From the NCBI GenBank assembly GCA_001780985.1, contig MFJV01000001.1, forward strand, positions 913,609-977,608: 64,000 nt of DNA, given 5' to 3'. A program made the translations under genes and the position numbers. This DNA comes from Candidatus Gottesmanbacteria bacterium RIFCSPLOWO2_01_FULL_43_11b. GTDB taxonomy: Bacteria > Patescibacteriota > Microgenomatia > UBA10105 > UBA927. Below are positions 1 to 8,609 of this stretch, one piece after another. Below the pieces are notes generated by a model. It did no database searches. It saw nothing but the letters and a program-made list of their open reading frames with translations, and was not told where the DNA came from. How positions within the stretch are numbered: position 1 is the first letter of the stretch; the number at the start of each line of letters is the position of its first letter.

Positions 1-8
1 ACGCTCTC

Positions 9-983
9 ATGCTTTTGGCAGGGGGACAGATGGGAGTAGCGATGGCATATGCGATTGCACCGCTTGTTTTAACAAATCGTTGGATTTTTCCGGTACAAGT
101 CATGTTTGACCCGCGGATTGCACTGCTTACTCTCATTGTCGCCTTACGAAAAAATCCGAAACAGTTTATTGTTCCGGTTTTAGTAACAATAATAATCCAC
201 ACGTATTGGTGGGTACCGATACTCAAAAATCCCGCAATTGTCGGAACGCAATTTCAGGAAGCCACAAGTAGTGCAGTCAAATACTTAAGTTTCGCATCAT
301 TTTCCAATAGTCTAAGCTTTCTTCACCCTAATTGGCCTGAAAATATATTCGGGAAAGTGTATTTTCAAAGACCTGAATTTTTGATTATTCCGATCGTTGC
401 CTTTGCAGGATTACTGTTTAAGGCAAATGCCTATTACGCCTTGTTAGCACTCATTGGTGCATTTCTCGCTAAAGGCATCAATGAACCATTTGGCGGAATA
501 TATTTATGGCTTTTTGAAAATGTACCGGGGTTTAGTCTTTTCCGCGACCCCACAAAATTTTATCTCTATATCGCTCTTGGGTATTCAGTGTTAATTTCAC
601 GCATTAAAAAACCGATGTTAGTATTTCTCTTTCTTCTTTTTTGGGCATTTACCCTTCGGGAAGCGATTTTAGGATCATTACCGGGAACTTTTCAGCCGGT
701 TAAAGTGCCGAACGAATACACGAAACTTACGGGTGATAATGTGGGCTGGTATCCCAAAAAATCACGATTTAGCTTTAGCGGGAGTGATTTCATCTCACTT
801 GAAAATATTCGTTACGTTGCAGTACCAACAGATGTCCGCGGAGAAATTTTCGTAACAGACCGAAAGTATGATGAATCAAAACACCAGGACGCAATTTTAT
901 TCATTTCAACGATGTCAGGAGTCCGAAGACTTGACGAATATAAAGAACTAGCTGTGTTTGAAGTCTTCAAGGAGTCTCCTTGA
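9..983 (+). CDS. polytopic membrane protein, possibly 5'-truncated at window edge (GT-C-like C-terminal part?)
   Basis: ORF open to window start; multiple hydrophobic segments then a soluble C-terminal domain; lies in the glycan locus. Confidence 0.45.
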   Translation: MLLAGGQMGVAMAYAIAPLVLTNRWIFPVQVMFDPRIALLTLIVALRKNPKQFIVPVLVTIIIHTYWWVPILKNPAIVGTQFQEATSSAVKYLSFASFSNSLSFLHPNWPENIFGKVYFQRPEFLIIPIVAFAGLLFKANAYYALLALIGAFLAKGINEPFGGIYLWLFENVPGFSLFRDPTKFYLYIALGYSVLISRIKKPMLVFLFLLFWAFTLREAILGSLPGTFQPVKVPNEYTKLTGDNVGWYPKKSRFSFSGSDFISLENIRYVAVPTDVRGEIFVTDRKYDESKHQDAILFISTMSGVRRLDEYKELAVFEVFKESP

Positions 984-999
984 AGTTCTTAAAGTTTTT

Positions 1000-1215
1000 A
1001 TGAAAATACAGGATGTATTTTTTTTCATTGTTTTGACTGTTTTGTTCTTCAAACGGAAACCTCGTTTCTTGGTTATTGCCGGTCTTGCTTGCCTTGCACT
1101 GTCTATCCCACTTTTCTACTTTTGGATCTTCTTTACCGCCGACCGCCTCACCTGGTACGCCGCTGCCTTTTTCTTGGTTTTCTATGTATATGCTACAATA
1201 AAAAAGGTGATATGA
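1000..1215 (+). CDS. small hydrophobic membrane protein (72 aa)
   Basis: ATG at 1000; two predicted TM helices; stop overlaps next start (ATGA at 1212). Confidence 0.35.
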   Translation: MKIQDVFFFIVLTVLFFKRKPRFLVIAGLACLALSIPLFYFWIFFTADRLTWYAAAFFLVFYVYATIKKVI

Positions 1216-1424
1216 AATCCCGCCTCAACCAGGCTCAACTCAAGGCGTTGTCTGACTTTGCCAATACCGTTGCGGCTGCTTGGTTTTCTGGAGGCGTCAT
1301 TTCATTGTTTTTTGCACAAACAACTTCGTTGCTAGAAATGTTGCGATTTCCTTTGATTGGTGTCCTTATGACATGGTTTACATTACGGTGGTCCCTGTCG
1401 CTTTTAGAAGGAGTCAAGCGATGA
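1212..1424 (+). CDS. small membrane protein (70 aa)
   Basis: ATG 1212 overlaps upstream stop; hydrophobic segments; stop overlaps next ATG (1421). Confidence 0.35.
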   Translation: MKSRLNQAQLKALSDFANTVAAAWFSGGVISLFFAQTTSLLEMLRFPLIGVLMTWFTLRWSLSLLEGVKR

Positions 1425-1519
1425 ACCAATGGGGTTTTGCCGATACTTTTTTCTTTGCTTCCATTGTCACGAGCCTATTTTTTATTGGGTTGTATTTCTT
1501 TGTGAGGAGAAAAAAATAA
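1421..1519 (+). CDS. small hydrophobic peptide (32 aa)
   Basis: ATG 1421 in ATGA overlap with upstream ORF; single TM-like segment. Confidence 0.25.
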   Translation: MNQWGFADTFFFASIVTSLFFIGLYFFVRRKK

Positions 1520-1520
1520 T

Positions 1521-1598
1521 ATGGAAAATCAACTTTTTCTACTTGCGGTGGCGCTTGCTTTAGTAGCAGGGTACCTTGCGTATCGGGTGAATAAGTAA
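1521..1598 (+). CDS. small hydrophobic peptide (25 aa, MENQLFLLAVALALVAGYLAYRVNK)
   Basis: ATG 2 nt after upstream stop; single TM helix; not in the supplied ORF track (below its length cut-off). Confidence 0.2.
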   Translation: MENQLFLLAVALALVAGYLAYRVNK

Positions 1599-1671
1599 AC
1601 ATTACCACTGCATTTTTCCTCACCGCAATCTTATTTTCACTTCGGAAGTAGGTTAAGGTACAATAGGGGGT

Positions 1672-2646
1672 ATGAAGGTACTAATTACCGGTGGGGCGGG
1701 GTATATCGGGGCGATTACCAACGACTACCTAAAAAAACAAGACTACGAGACTGTGGTGTTTGACAGCCTCAAAAACGGGCACCGTGAGGCTATAGCAGGC
1801 ACAAAACTGGTCGTTGGTGATCTTACCATCAAAAGTGACATAGACGAGGTATTTAAGGCTGATACGTTTGATGCAGTTATCCATTTTGCAGCTTTAGCTC
1901 TGGCTCCGGAGTCAATGGAGAAGCCCTTTGAGTACTACCAAAATAATGTGTTGGGGAGCCTAAATCTTCTCGAATCCATGCGTAATGCAGGATGCAAGAA
2001 CCTGGTTTTTTCCTCAACCTGTGCTGTTTACGGCTATCCCAAGAAACTTCCGGTAACCGAGGATGAAAAAATAGCTCCGGAGAGTGTGTATGGGTCAAGC
2101 AAGCGCATTGTTGAGGAAATTATCGAGTGGTACGGACAAGTGTATGGGCTAAAATACATGAATCTTCGCTACTTTAACGCTGCAGGTGCTGCACTTGACG
2201 GCACACTCGGAGAAAATCACGCTGTTGAAACGCACATTATTCCAATACTTTTGGATGTCATCTCAGGCACGAGGAAAGTATTTGAACTATACGGTAAAGA
2301 TTATCCGACACCTGATGGCACGTGCATTCGCGACTATATTCATGTCGTTGATCTCGCACGAGCCCATGTTGCGGCACTGAAGGGTCAGTCGGGATCGGTT
2401 AATCTTGGTGTTGGCAAAGGGTATAGTAATCTTGAGGTTATCTCTGTGGTGGAAAAGGTCACCGGCAAAAAGGTTCCTGTTGAGGTAAAGTCACGTCGAC
2501 CGGGAGATCCGGCAAGTATTTATGCGGATAACACGAAAGCAAAGAAACTTCTCGGTTGGGAACCGAAACATTCTGATTTAGAAACCATTGTAGAGAGTGC
2601 GTGGAAGTATCATGAGAAGAGGATTCTCGATGAGAATAGGGATTGA
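1672..2646 (+). CDS. galE: UDP-glucose 4-epimerase
   Basis: N-terminal GGAGYIG Rossmann motif; short-chain dehydrogenase YxxxK context; length about 324 aa typical of GalE. Confidence 0.85.
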   Translation: MKVLITGGAGYIGAITNDYLKKQDYETVVFDSLKNGHREAIAGTKLVVGDLTIKSDIDEVFKADTFDAVIHFAALALAPESMEKPFEYYQNNVLGSLNLLESMRNAGCKNLVFSSTCAVYGYPKKLPVTEDEKIAPESVYGSSKRIVEEIIEWYGQVYGLKYMNLRYFNAAGAALDGTLGENHAVETHIIPILLDVISGTRKVFELYGKDYPTPDGTCIRDYIHVVDLARAHVAALKGQSGSVNLGVGKGYSNLEVISVVEKVTGKKVPVEVKSRRPGDPASIYADNTKAKKLLGWEPKHSDLETIVESAWKYHEKRILDENRD

Positions 2647-3151
2647 TATAAGTCAAATCGTGTACGAGGGGACCGGGGTAGGAAATTATGTCCGGCACAT
2701 GGTGACGGAACTTTTGAAACACGATACAAAGAATGAGTATGTTCTCTTTGGCGCTTCGCTCCGTCGACGAAAAGAATTCCGCGAATATTTTCCGAAAAAA
2801 CATCTTGTTATTGTTCCCATCCCACCAACCCTTCTCGATATTCTCTGGAACAGATTTCATATTTTTCCCGTTGAGTGGTTTACCGGGAGTCTTGATGTTT
2901 TTTGGAGCAGTGACTGGACACAGCCTCCTCTTATTCATGCCAAAGGAGTGACAACAATTCATGATTTAACTGTTTTTAGACATCCGGAGAGTTTCGTAAC
3001 AAAAATTATTGAAGTGCAAAGAAGAAGATTGACAAAAGCCGCAAAACTCTGCAGCGCCTTTTTTTGTGATTCTGAAGCAACAAAAAAAGATGCTATTGAA
3101 CTACTCGGAATACCGCAAAATAAACTATTTGTCGTTTACCCAGGCATATGA
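2630..3151 (+). CDS. GT4-family glycosyltransferase, N-terminal domain only (truncated or split)
   Basis: MRIGIDIS...GVGNY N-terminus paralogous to the GT4 genes at 3148 and 11860; ends at VYPGI exactly where the paralogues continue into the C-domain. Confidence 0.5.
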   Translation: MRIGIDISQIVYEGTGVGNYVRHMVTELLKHDTKNEYVLFGASLRRRKEFREYFPKKHLVIVPIPPTLLDILWNRFHIFPVEWFTGSLDVFWSSDWTQPPLIHAKGVTTIHDLTVFRHPESFVTKIIEVQRRRLTKAAKLCSAFFCDSEATKKDAIELLGIPQNKLFVVYPGI

Positions 3152-4206
3152 ATATCGCAATTGATGGTTACGAAGCAAATGTAAAAAATAGAGTCGGAAT
3201 TGGTCGGTATGCATTTGAAATTCTCTCGCACATCTATAACCTACAACCTAAGCACCTCTTCCGAATATACATCCCCTCCAAGCCGCTTCCCGATATGCCC
3301 AAAGAAACCTCATGGTGGAAATATAGAATTGTTCGACCCAAAACACTGTGGACTTTTTTCGGTTTACCGGGTGCGCTAACTAAAGACAAACCCGATGTTA
3401 TATTTTCGCCCACGCACTATGTGCCACGTTTCGTGAAAATCCCCCGGGTAATGGCAATAATGGATCTCTCATATTTAGAATACCCGGAATTATTTCGCAA
3501 ACAGGACCTCCATAAATTGAAAAACTGGACAGCATACGGTGCCTCGATTGCAAAGAAAATACTCACCATAAGTAACTTCAGTAAGAATGATATAATCAAA
3601 ACGTATAAAATAGATCCCGAGAAGGTTGTAGTCACATATCCAGGTATGAGTAAACAATTAATAAGCGAAGCTCCGGCAGAAAAAAACTATATTCTTTCGG
3701 TAGGGACAATCCAACCACGAAAGAATTACATTCGACTCATTGAGGCATTTTCCATGGTTCTTCCGAACTTTCCCGGCTTGAAACTCGTCATAATCGGAAA
3801 AAAAGGGTGGTTATTCGATGAAACACTTGAAGCACCTTCGAAATTCGGCATTCTAAAAGATGTGATATTTCTTCATAGTGTACAGGATACGCTGCTTAGT
3901 GGATTTTACCAACATGCAAAATGTTTGGTGCTCCCTAGCTTATATGAAGGATTTGGACTTCCTGTTTTGGAAGCCATGGCACTTAAGTGTCCTGTGGTTG
4001 TCAGCCGTATATCAAGCTTACCGGAGATTGCCGGGGATGCCGGCATTTACGTAGACCCGGAAAATGTTGAGAGCATAGCTGACGGCATAATCAAAGCATT
4101 AACCGAAAAAAACGATGACAGAATAAAAAAGGGACTCATTCAAGTCAAAAAATTTTCATGGGAAAAAGCGGCTCGACAAACACTGGAGGTTTTGGAAAGC
4201 ATATGA
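3148..4206 (+). CDS. glycosyltransferase family 4 (GT-B)
   Basis: GT4 N-domain plus C-terminal EGFGLPVLEAMA motif. Confidence 0.8.
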   Translation: MNIAIDGYEANVKNRVGIGRYAFEILSHIYNLQPKHLFRIYIPSKPLPDMPKETSWWKYRIVRPKTLWTFFGLPGALTKDKPDVIFSPTHYVPRFVKIPRVMAIMDLSYLEYPELFRKQDLHKLKNWTAYGASIAKKILTISNFSKNDIIKTYKIDPEKVVVTYPGMSKQLISEAPAEKNYILSVGTIQPRKNYIRLIEAFSMVLPNFPGLKLVIIGKKGWLFDETLEAPSKFGILKDVIFLHSVQDTLLSGFYQHAKCLVLPSLYEGFGLPVLEAMALKCPVVVSRISSLPEIAGDAGIYVDPENVESIADGIIKALTEKNDDRIKKGLIQVKKFSWEKAARQTLEVLESI

Positions 4207-4766
4207 GAGCTATCATTGATTTTTGGATTTTTCTTTGCACTCTGACGGGATTCATTCCCAGCCATACGATACGCCTTTTTTTGTATAGAATGCTGTTTCG
4301 CGTTCGTGTAGGCCGCAACTCCTCTGTTCACTGGCGTGCGCAATTCAATCAACCGGCAGGAGTTTCTATTGGCCACAATACCATTATTGGGAACGATGCG
4401 TTTTTGGACGGACGAATGAAAAACTTTCTTATCTGGCGAAAAAAGCACGGCTACCCATTAACAATCGGCAACAATGTTTCGATTGCGGGTGAAGTTCGGA
4501 TTTATACAATGGAACATGATGTCGACGATCCCGATTTTGCCGAAATCGGTGCTCCGGTTGTCATCGATGACTACGTCGTCATCGGGACTCGGGTAACAAT
4601 TCTTCCCGGAGTAACCATTGGAAAAGGAGCAGTTATTGCCTCTGGTGCAGTCGTCACCAAAGATGTCCCCTCATTTACAGTCGTCGGCGGTGTCCCTGCT
4701 CAATTTATTCGCAACCGCAACAAAAATCTTCGCTACACGCTCAAATTCGCCAAACTCTTTCAATAA
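4203..4766 (+). CDS. sugar O-acetyltransferase, hexapeptide-repeat (LbH) family
   Basis: Tandem [LIV]-G-x-x-x-x hexapeptide repeats (IGNNVSIAGEVRI...); WcaF/NeuD-like; ATGA overlap with upstream gene. Confidence 0.75.
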   Translation: MRAIIDFWIFLCTLTGFIPSHTIRLFLYRMLFRVRVGRNSSVHWRAQFNQPAGVSIGHNTIIGNDAFLDGRMKNFLIWRKKHGYPLTIGNNVSIAGEVRIYTMEHDVDDPDFAEIGAPVVIDDYVVIGTRVTILPGVTIGKGAVIASGAVVTKDVPSFTVVGGVPAQFIRNRNKNLRYTLKFAKLFQ

Positions 4767-5632
4767 TGGATCTTTCTATAGTTATCGTAAGTTTCAATAC
4801 GAAAAAACTTCTTGACGACTGTCTTTCTTCTGTGGAACGGAGTCTCAAAGATACGAATGTTTCGTATGAAGTGATTGTGGTCGATAATGTTTCTATTGAC
4901 GGAACTCGGGAAATGCTCAAAAAGAAATATCCACAGGTTCAAACCGTATTGAATTCGGAAAATGTCGGATTCGGCAGAGCAAATAATCAAGGTACGAGAA
5001 AGGCAAAAGGGGAGTATGTTTTTTATTTAAATTCGGATACCATCGTTTTGAATAAAGCGATAGCTAAACTTCTCTCTTTTGCCCGTCAGCACCCGAAACA
5101 TTTCGTGGGTCCAAAACTCCTCAATCTTGATCGAAGCCCGCAATCATCCTGCGGTCCGTTTTTTTCTCTCCCTGTTGTCTTTGCAGCACTTTTTTTAAGA
5201 GGAGATCGTATAGGACTCACCCGCTGGTCTCCAACTCGAACGCGGAAAGTTAGTTGGGTATCGGGGGCGGCTTTGATGGGACCGAGAAAACAACTCCTCG
5301 ATAACCTCCTCTTTGATGAAAAAATATTCATGTATATGGAAGAAATAGACCTCCTGTATAGGGCAAGAAAAAGAGGCTTTCGAACACTCTTTTACCCTAA
5401 GAGTGTGATTATACATTTGGGAAGTGGTAGTTCTACCAACAAAAAGAAAGGCCCCGTCCTCAATATTTATCGGGGTCTCATCTACTTTTATAAAAAGCAT
5501 CATCCATCATGGAAGGTTCGCATACTTCTATTTTTGCTCAAGGCTAAAGCTGCCATTGCGTGGTCTATCGGGGTAGTCAGCGGCAATTCATATCTCAAGG
5601 AAACATATGCAGAAGCTTTTTGGATCGCTTAA
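4766..5632 (+). CDS. glycosyltransferase family 2
   Basis: MDLSIVIVSFN...VVDNVSIDGT (DxD-type GT-A N-terminus); paralogue of the GT2 at 10994. Confidence 0.8.
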   Translation: MDLSIVIVSFNTKKLLDDCLSSVERSLKDTNVSYEVIVVDNVSIDGTREMLKKKYPQVQTVLNSENVGFGRANNQGTRKAKGEYVFYLNSDTIVLNKAIAKLLSFARQHPKHFVGPKLLNLDRSPQSSCGPFFSLPVVFAALFLRGDRIGLTRWSPTRTRKVSWVSGAALMGPRKQLLDNLLFDEKIFMYMEEIDLLYRARKRGFRTLFYPKSVIIHLGSGSSTNKKKGPVLNIYRGLIYFYKKHHPSWKVRILLFLLKAKAAIAWSIGVVSGNSYLKETYAEAFWIA

Positions 5633-8609
5633 ACAACACTGGGAGGAAATTGGGACGTTATTTTTGCTGGCATTTATCCCTCTCTACCCAAAACTTCCTT
5701 TATTTGACATTGTGCAAACATGGGTATACATACGGCTCGATGATTTTGTCGTATTACTCGTTGTTTTAGGGTTCTTATTAAAACTTTACAGGAGAAAATA
5801 TGTCCCCGATACTCCCTTAACAATCCCGATATTCATGTATTGGGCAGTAGGACTCGTATCTATAGCCTGGTCACTTGCATTCATAGGCCCCAAACTTTTA
5901 GGGTATTTTCCACAACTCGTTATTCTCCATTACCTCCGCCGTATTGAGTATATGATCGTATTTTTCCTGGCTTTAGTCGGCATGGGAAGCATCAAGTATA
6001 TACGTAAGTATCTTTTTGTATTTGCCATCACTCTATGTATCGTATCGCTCTATGGAATTGGCCAGCGGTACATGAGACTTCCGGCATTTTTGACCATGAA
6101 CGAGGAGTTTGCCAAAGGCACGCCCCTTATTCTTTCACCTACATCACGGATTACCTCAACATTTGCAGGCCACTATGATTTGGCAATGTATTTAGCATTT
6201 TCTGTAACACTATTTGCAAGCCTTCTCTTTTCTTTGCGGAGGGTTCTTTCAAAAGTTGTAGTTATTCTCCTCTGTGGTTTAGCAACGCTTGTTTTATTTT
6301 TGACGCAATCAAGGGTTTCTCTTTTTGCTCTTGCTTCCGGTGTTATCTTAGTTTTATGGTGGCATAATCAAAAAAAATGGATACTACCAGCAGTAGTATT
6401 GGTGCTTCTTGCCGTACCTTTCGTTCCGGGCCTCTCCGATCGTTTTGCAAAAACATTCAGAGATAAACCGGTTATTTATGATATTCGAGCAGGTGCGCCG
6501 ATTGGTGCCGCGAATATTTCAGATGACGGGCAAGTGACCATTGAGCAGTCAGCATCACCTGCTTTGGAGAATTTACCGATAGGATCAGGATTTATCCGTG
6601 CCCCGGGAGCTACGCGAATTCCGTTGATTTCCTCCTTTGCAGTGGGAGAACTTCGCGGTTCCCCAGATTATCCGTTCGGTCAAACCCCACCGGGCTTGGG
6701 TGAAGAGATGCAAATGGCGATGGAACGGGGTCAATTGTATCTTTCAATAAATTCACCGCTTAAAGCAACAGACGGGGAGGTCGCAAGCATGTCAGGGAGG
6801 TTTTATCTTGACCGTGCACTCCTCTATGACATTTCCTTTACTACACGTTTCCAAGGACAATGGCCAAGAGCATGGGAAGCATTTGGTCGCAATATTTTCT
6901 TCGGAAGCGGGTATTCAGTATTATCAGTTGCTGCAGACAGCGATTACCTGCGGGCGTTGGGGGAGACGGGACTTCTCGGACTGGGTAGTTTTCTATTTAT
7001 TCTTCTTATCTTTTTTATCTACACCCGTACTGCATTACCAAATGCTTCACCTTTGGTTCGCGCGATGACAATTGGCGTAAATGGGGGACTTGTCGGTCTC
7101 CTTATTACCGCGTCTCTTCTTGATGTTTTTGAAGCGTCCAAGATGGCGTATGTTTTTTGGCTCACTGTGGGGGCAACAATTGCAGGATTAGGGATTACCT
7201 ATAAGAAACAATTTAATCTTTGGAAACATGCCAGAGAAATTATTTCCCATCCGATTGTATTTATTATCCTTGTGGGGCTATTAGTACCGATTGTCTATGC
7301 AGGGGTAAATAGATTTTATTTTGTCGCTGATGATTTTACGTGGCTCCGGTGGGCCGGGGAGGCGAAACTGAGCGATCTTTCACGATACTTTCTCGACTCA
7401 ACAGGATTTTTCTACCGGCCGTTGACCAAATTATATTTTTATTTTGCGTCAATGGTATTTTGGCTAAAACCTGAAGGTTACCACAGTGTCAATCTCGTTT
7501 TGCACTTTGTTGGAACTGTGCTTGCCTATCTTATTGTCAGGCGACTTAAAAACACGATAGCAGCTATTCTGACAGCTTTATTTTTTCTTGTTGCCAGCAT
7601 TCACCATGAGAACGTTATTTGGATATCAGGAGTAAGCAGTTTAGCCGGAAGCGTGTTTGCGCTCCTCTCTCTTTATCTATGGATACTGCGTAGACCGGTA
7701 TTTAGTTTGACGTTTCTTATAACGAGCATGTTATTTTATGAGGAAATGATGTTTGTTCCACTCATACTTACCTCATACAGCTGGATTTTTTGGCCAAAAA
7801 AATCCCGAGTTGTCTCAACACTTCCGGCTCTCACAGTCCCGCTGTATTGGTGGCTTCGTTCTATGGCTCATGCCCTTTCACCAGGCGGAAGTTACGGAAT
7901 AAATCTTGCAGCGTTGCCATTTAATGCAGTTGGAAATATTGTCGGATACGTAGTCGTAACCATCATCGGGGCTTCAATGCTTGTTTGGTACGAATGGATG
8001 CGCGGGTTTATGAGAAATGAGCAACTTATCGCCGCACTTACCGTCACTATTGCACTTCTTGTATTCCTTTACTATCGCAAAAAGATACAGCTTTCAAAAC
8101 CCTCTCTCTTTTTCGTGATTTTTACCTGTATTGCGTTACTTCCTGCATTGGGGCTTGGAAATATTGCAGAGCGGTATGGATATCTTGCTTCAGTTGGCAT
8201 AAGTTTTCTTTTTGTGTCATTTGTTTTGTGGATGTTTCAACGCAGAAAAGTTATTGCAGTAGCCCTTTTTACATTAATTTTTGGGGCAAATTATTTGCAA
8301 CTTCAAAACTACATAACAGAGTGGCAACAAACAGGGAAAGTATCAGAGCGAATCCATTATGAACTGCGCAGAATGTACTATCCGATTGAACCGAATACTC
8401 ACTTTGTTGTTGCCAATGTGCCTACAAGAATTGGCCGTGCCTGGTTATTTCCTGTAGGATTAGAAGATGCTGCCTACCATGTGTTTTATGATTCGACGAT
8501 GAAACTTGATGTTGTGGGGAGTGCAGAAGATGCTCTTTCAGTAAAGGGAGCAAAAGCACTCACCATAGTTGATGATAAAGAATATCCAATAAGAGAATTA
8601 TATGAATAA
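5607..8609 (+). CDS. 1000-aa polytopic membrane protein: O-antigen ligase (WaaL/Wzy_C)-like domain fused to GT-C/PMT-like domain
   Basis: More than 20 predicted TM helices; N-half resembles the O-antigen-ligase family with a large periplasmic loop; C-half has GT-C-like helices and a soluble C-terminal domain. Confidence 0.55.
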   Translation: MQKLFGSLKQHWEEIGTLFLLAFIPLYPKLPLFDIVQTWVYIRLDDFVVLLVVLGFLLKLYRRKYVPDTPLTIPIFMYWAVGLVSIAWSLAFIGPKLLGYFPQLVILHYLRRIEYMIVFFLALVGMGSIKYIRKYLFVFAITLCIVSLYGIGQRYMRLPAFLTMNEEFAKGTPLILSPTSRITSTFAGHYDLAMYLAFSVTLFASLLFSLRRVLSKVVVILLCGLATLVLFLTQSRVSLFALASGVILVLWWHNQKKWILPAVVLVLLAVPFVPGLSDRFAKTFRDKPVIYDIRAGAPIGAANISDDGQVTIEQSASPALENLPIGSGFIRAPGATRIPLISSFAVGELRGSPDYPFGQTPPGLGEEMQMAMERGQLYLSINSPLKATDGEVASMSGRFYLDRALLYDISFTTRFQGQWPRAWEAFGRNIFFGSGYSVLSVAADSDYLRALGETGLLGLGSFLFILLIFFIYTRTALPNASPLVRAMTIGVNGGLVGLLITASLLDVFEASKMAYVFWLTVGATIAGLGITYKKQFNLWKHAREIISHPIVFIILVGLLVPIVYAGVNRFYFVADDFTWLRWAGEAKLSDLSRYFLDSTGFFYRPLTKLYFYFASMVFWLKPEGYHSVNLVLHFVGTVLAYLIVRRLKNTIAAILTALFFLVASIHHENVIWISGVSSLAGSVFALLSLYLWILRRPVFSLTFLITSMLFYEEMMFVPLILTSYSWIFWPKKSRVVSTLPALTVPLYWWLRSMAHALSPGGSYGINLAALPFNAVGNIVGYVVVTIIGASMLVWYEWMRGFMRNEQLIAALTVTIALLVFLYYRKKIQLSKPSLFFVIFTCIALLPALGLGNIAERYGYLASVGISFLFVSFVLWMFQRRKVIAVALFTLIFGANYLQLQNYITEWQQTGKVSERIHYELRRMYYPIEPNTHFVVANVPTRIGRAWLFPVGLEDAAYHVFYDSTMKLDVVGSAEDALSVKGAKALTIVDDKEYPIRELYE

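Noticed and set aside
970-985. Short palindrome AGGAGTCTCCT at about 972-982 and again at about 45351-45361
   Set aside because: At 11 nt with only two copies it could be chance. It is not counted as a repeat family without genome-wide counts.
2459-2962. 167-aa minus-strand ORF antisense to the galE end and the GT4 fragment
   Set aside because: It is fully embedded antisense within well-supported plus-strand genes. This is the usual spurious-ORF pattern, shared by other antisense ORFs in the track (for example 26529-26933, 40444-40866, 43227-43628, 46608-47060).
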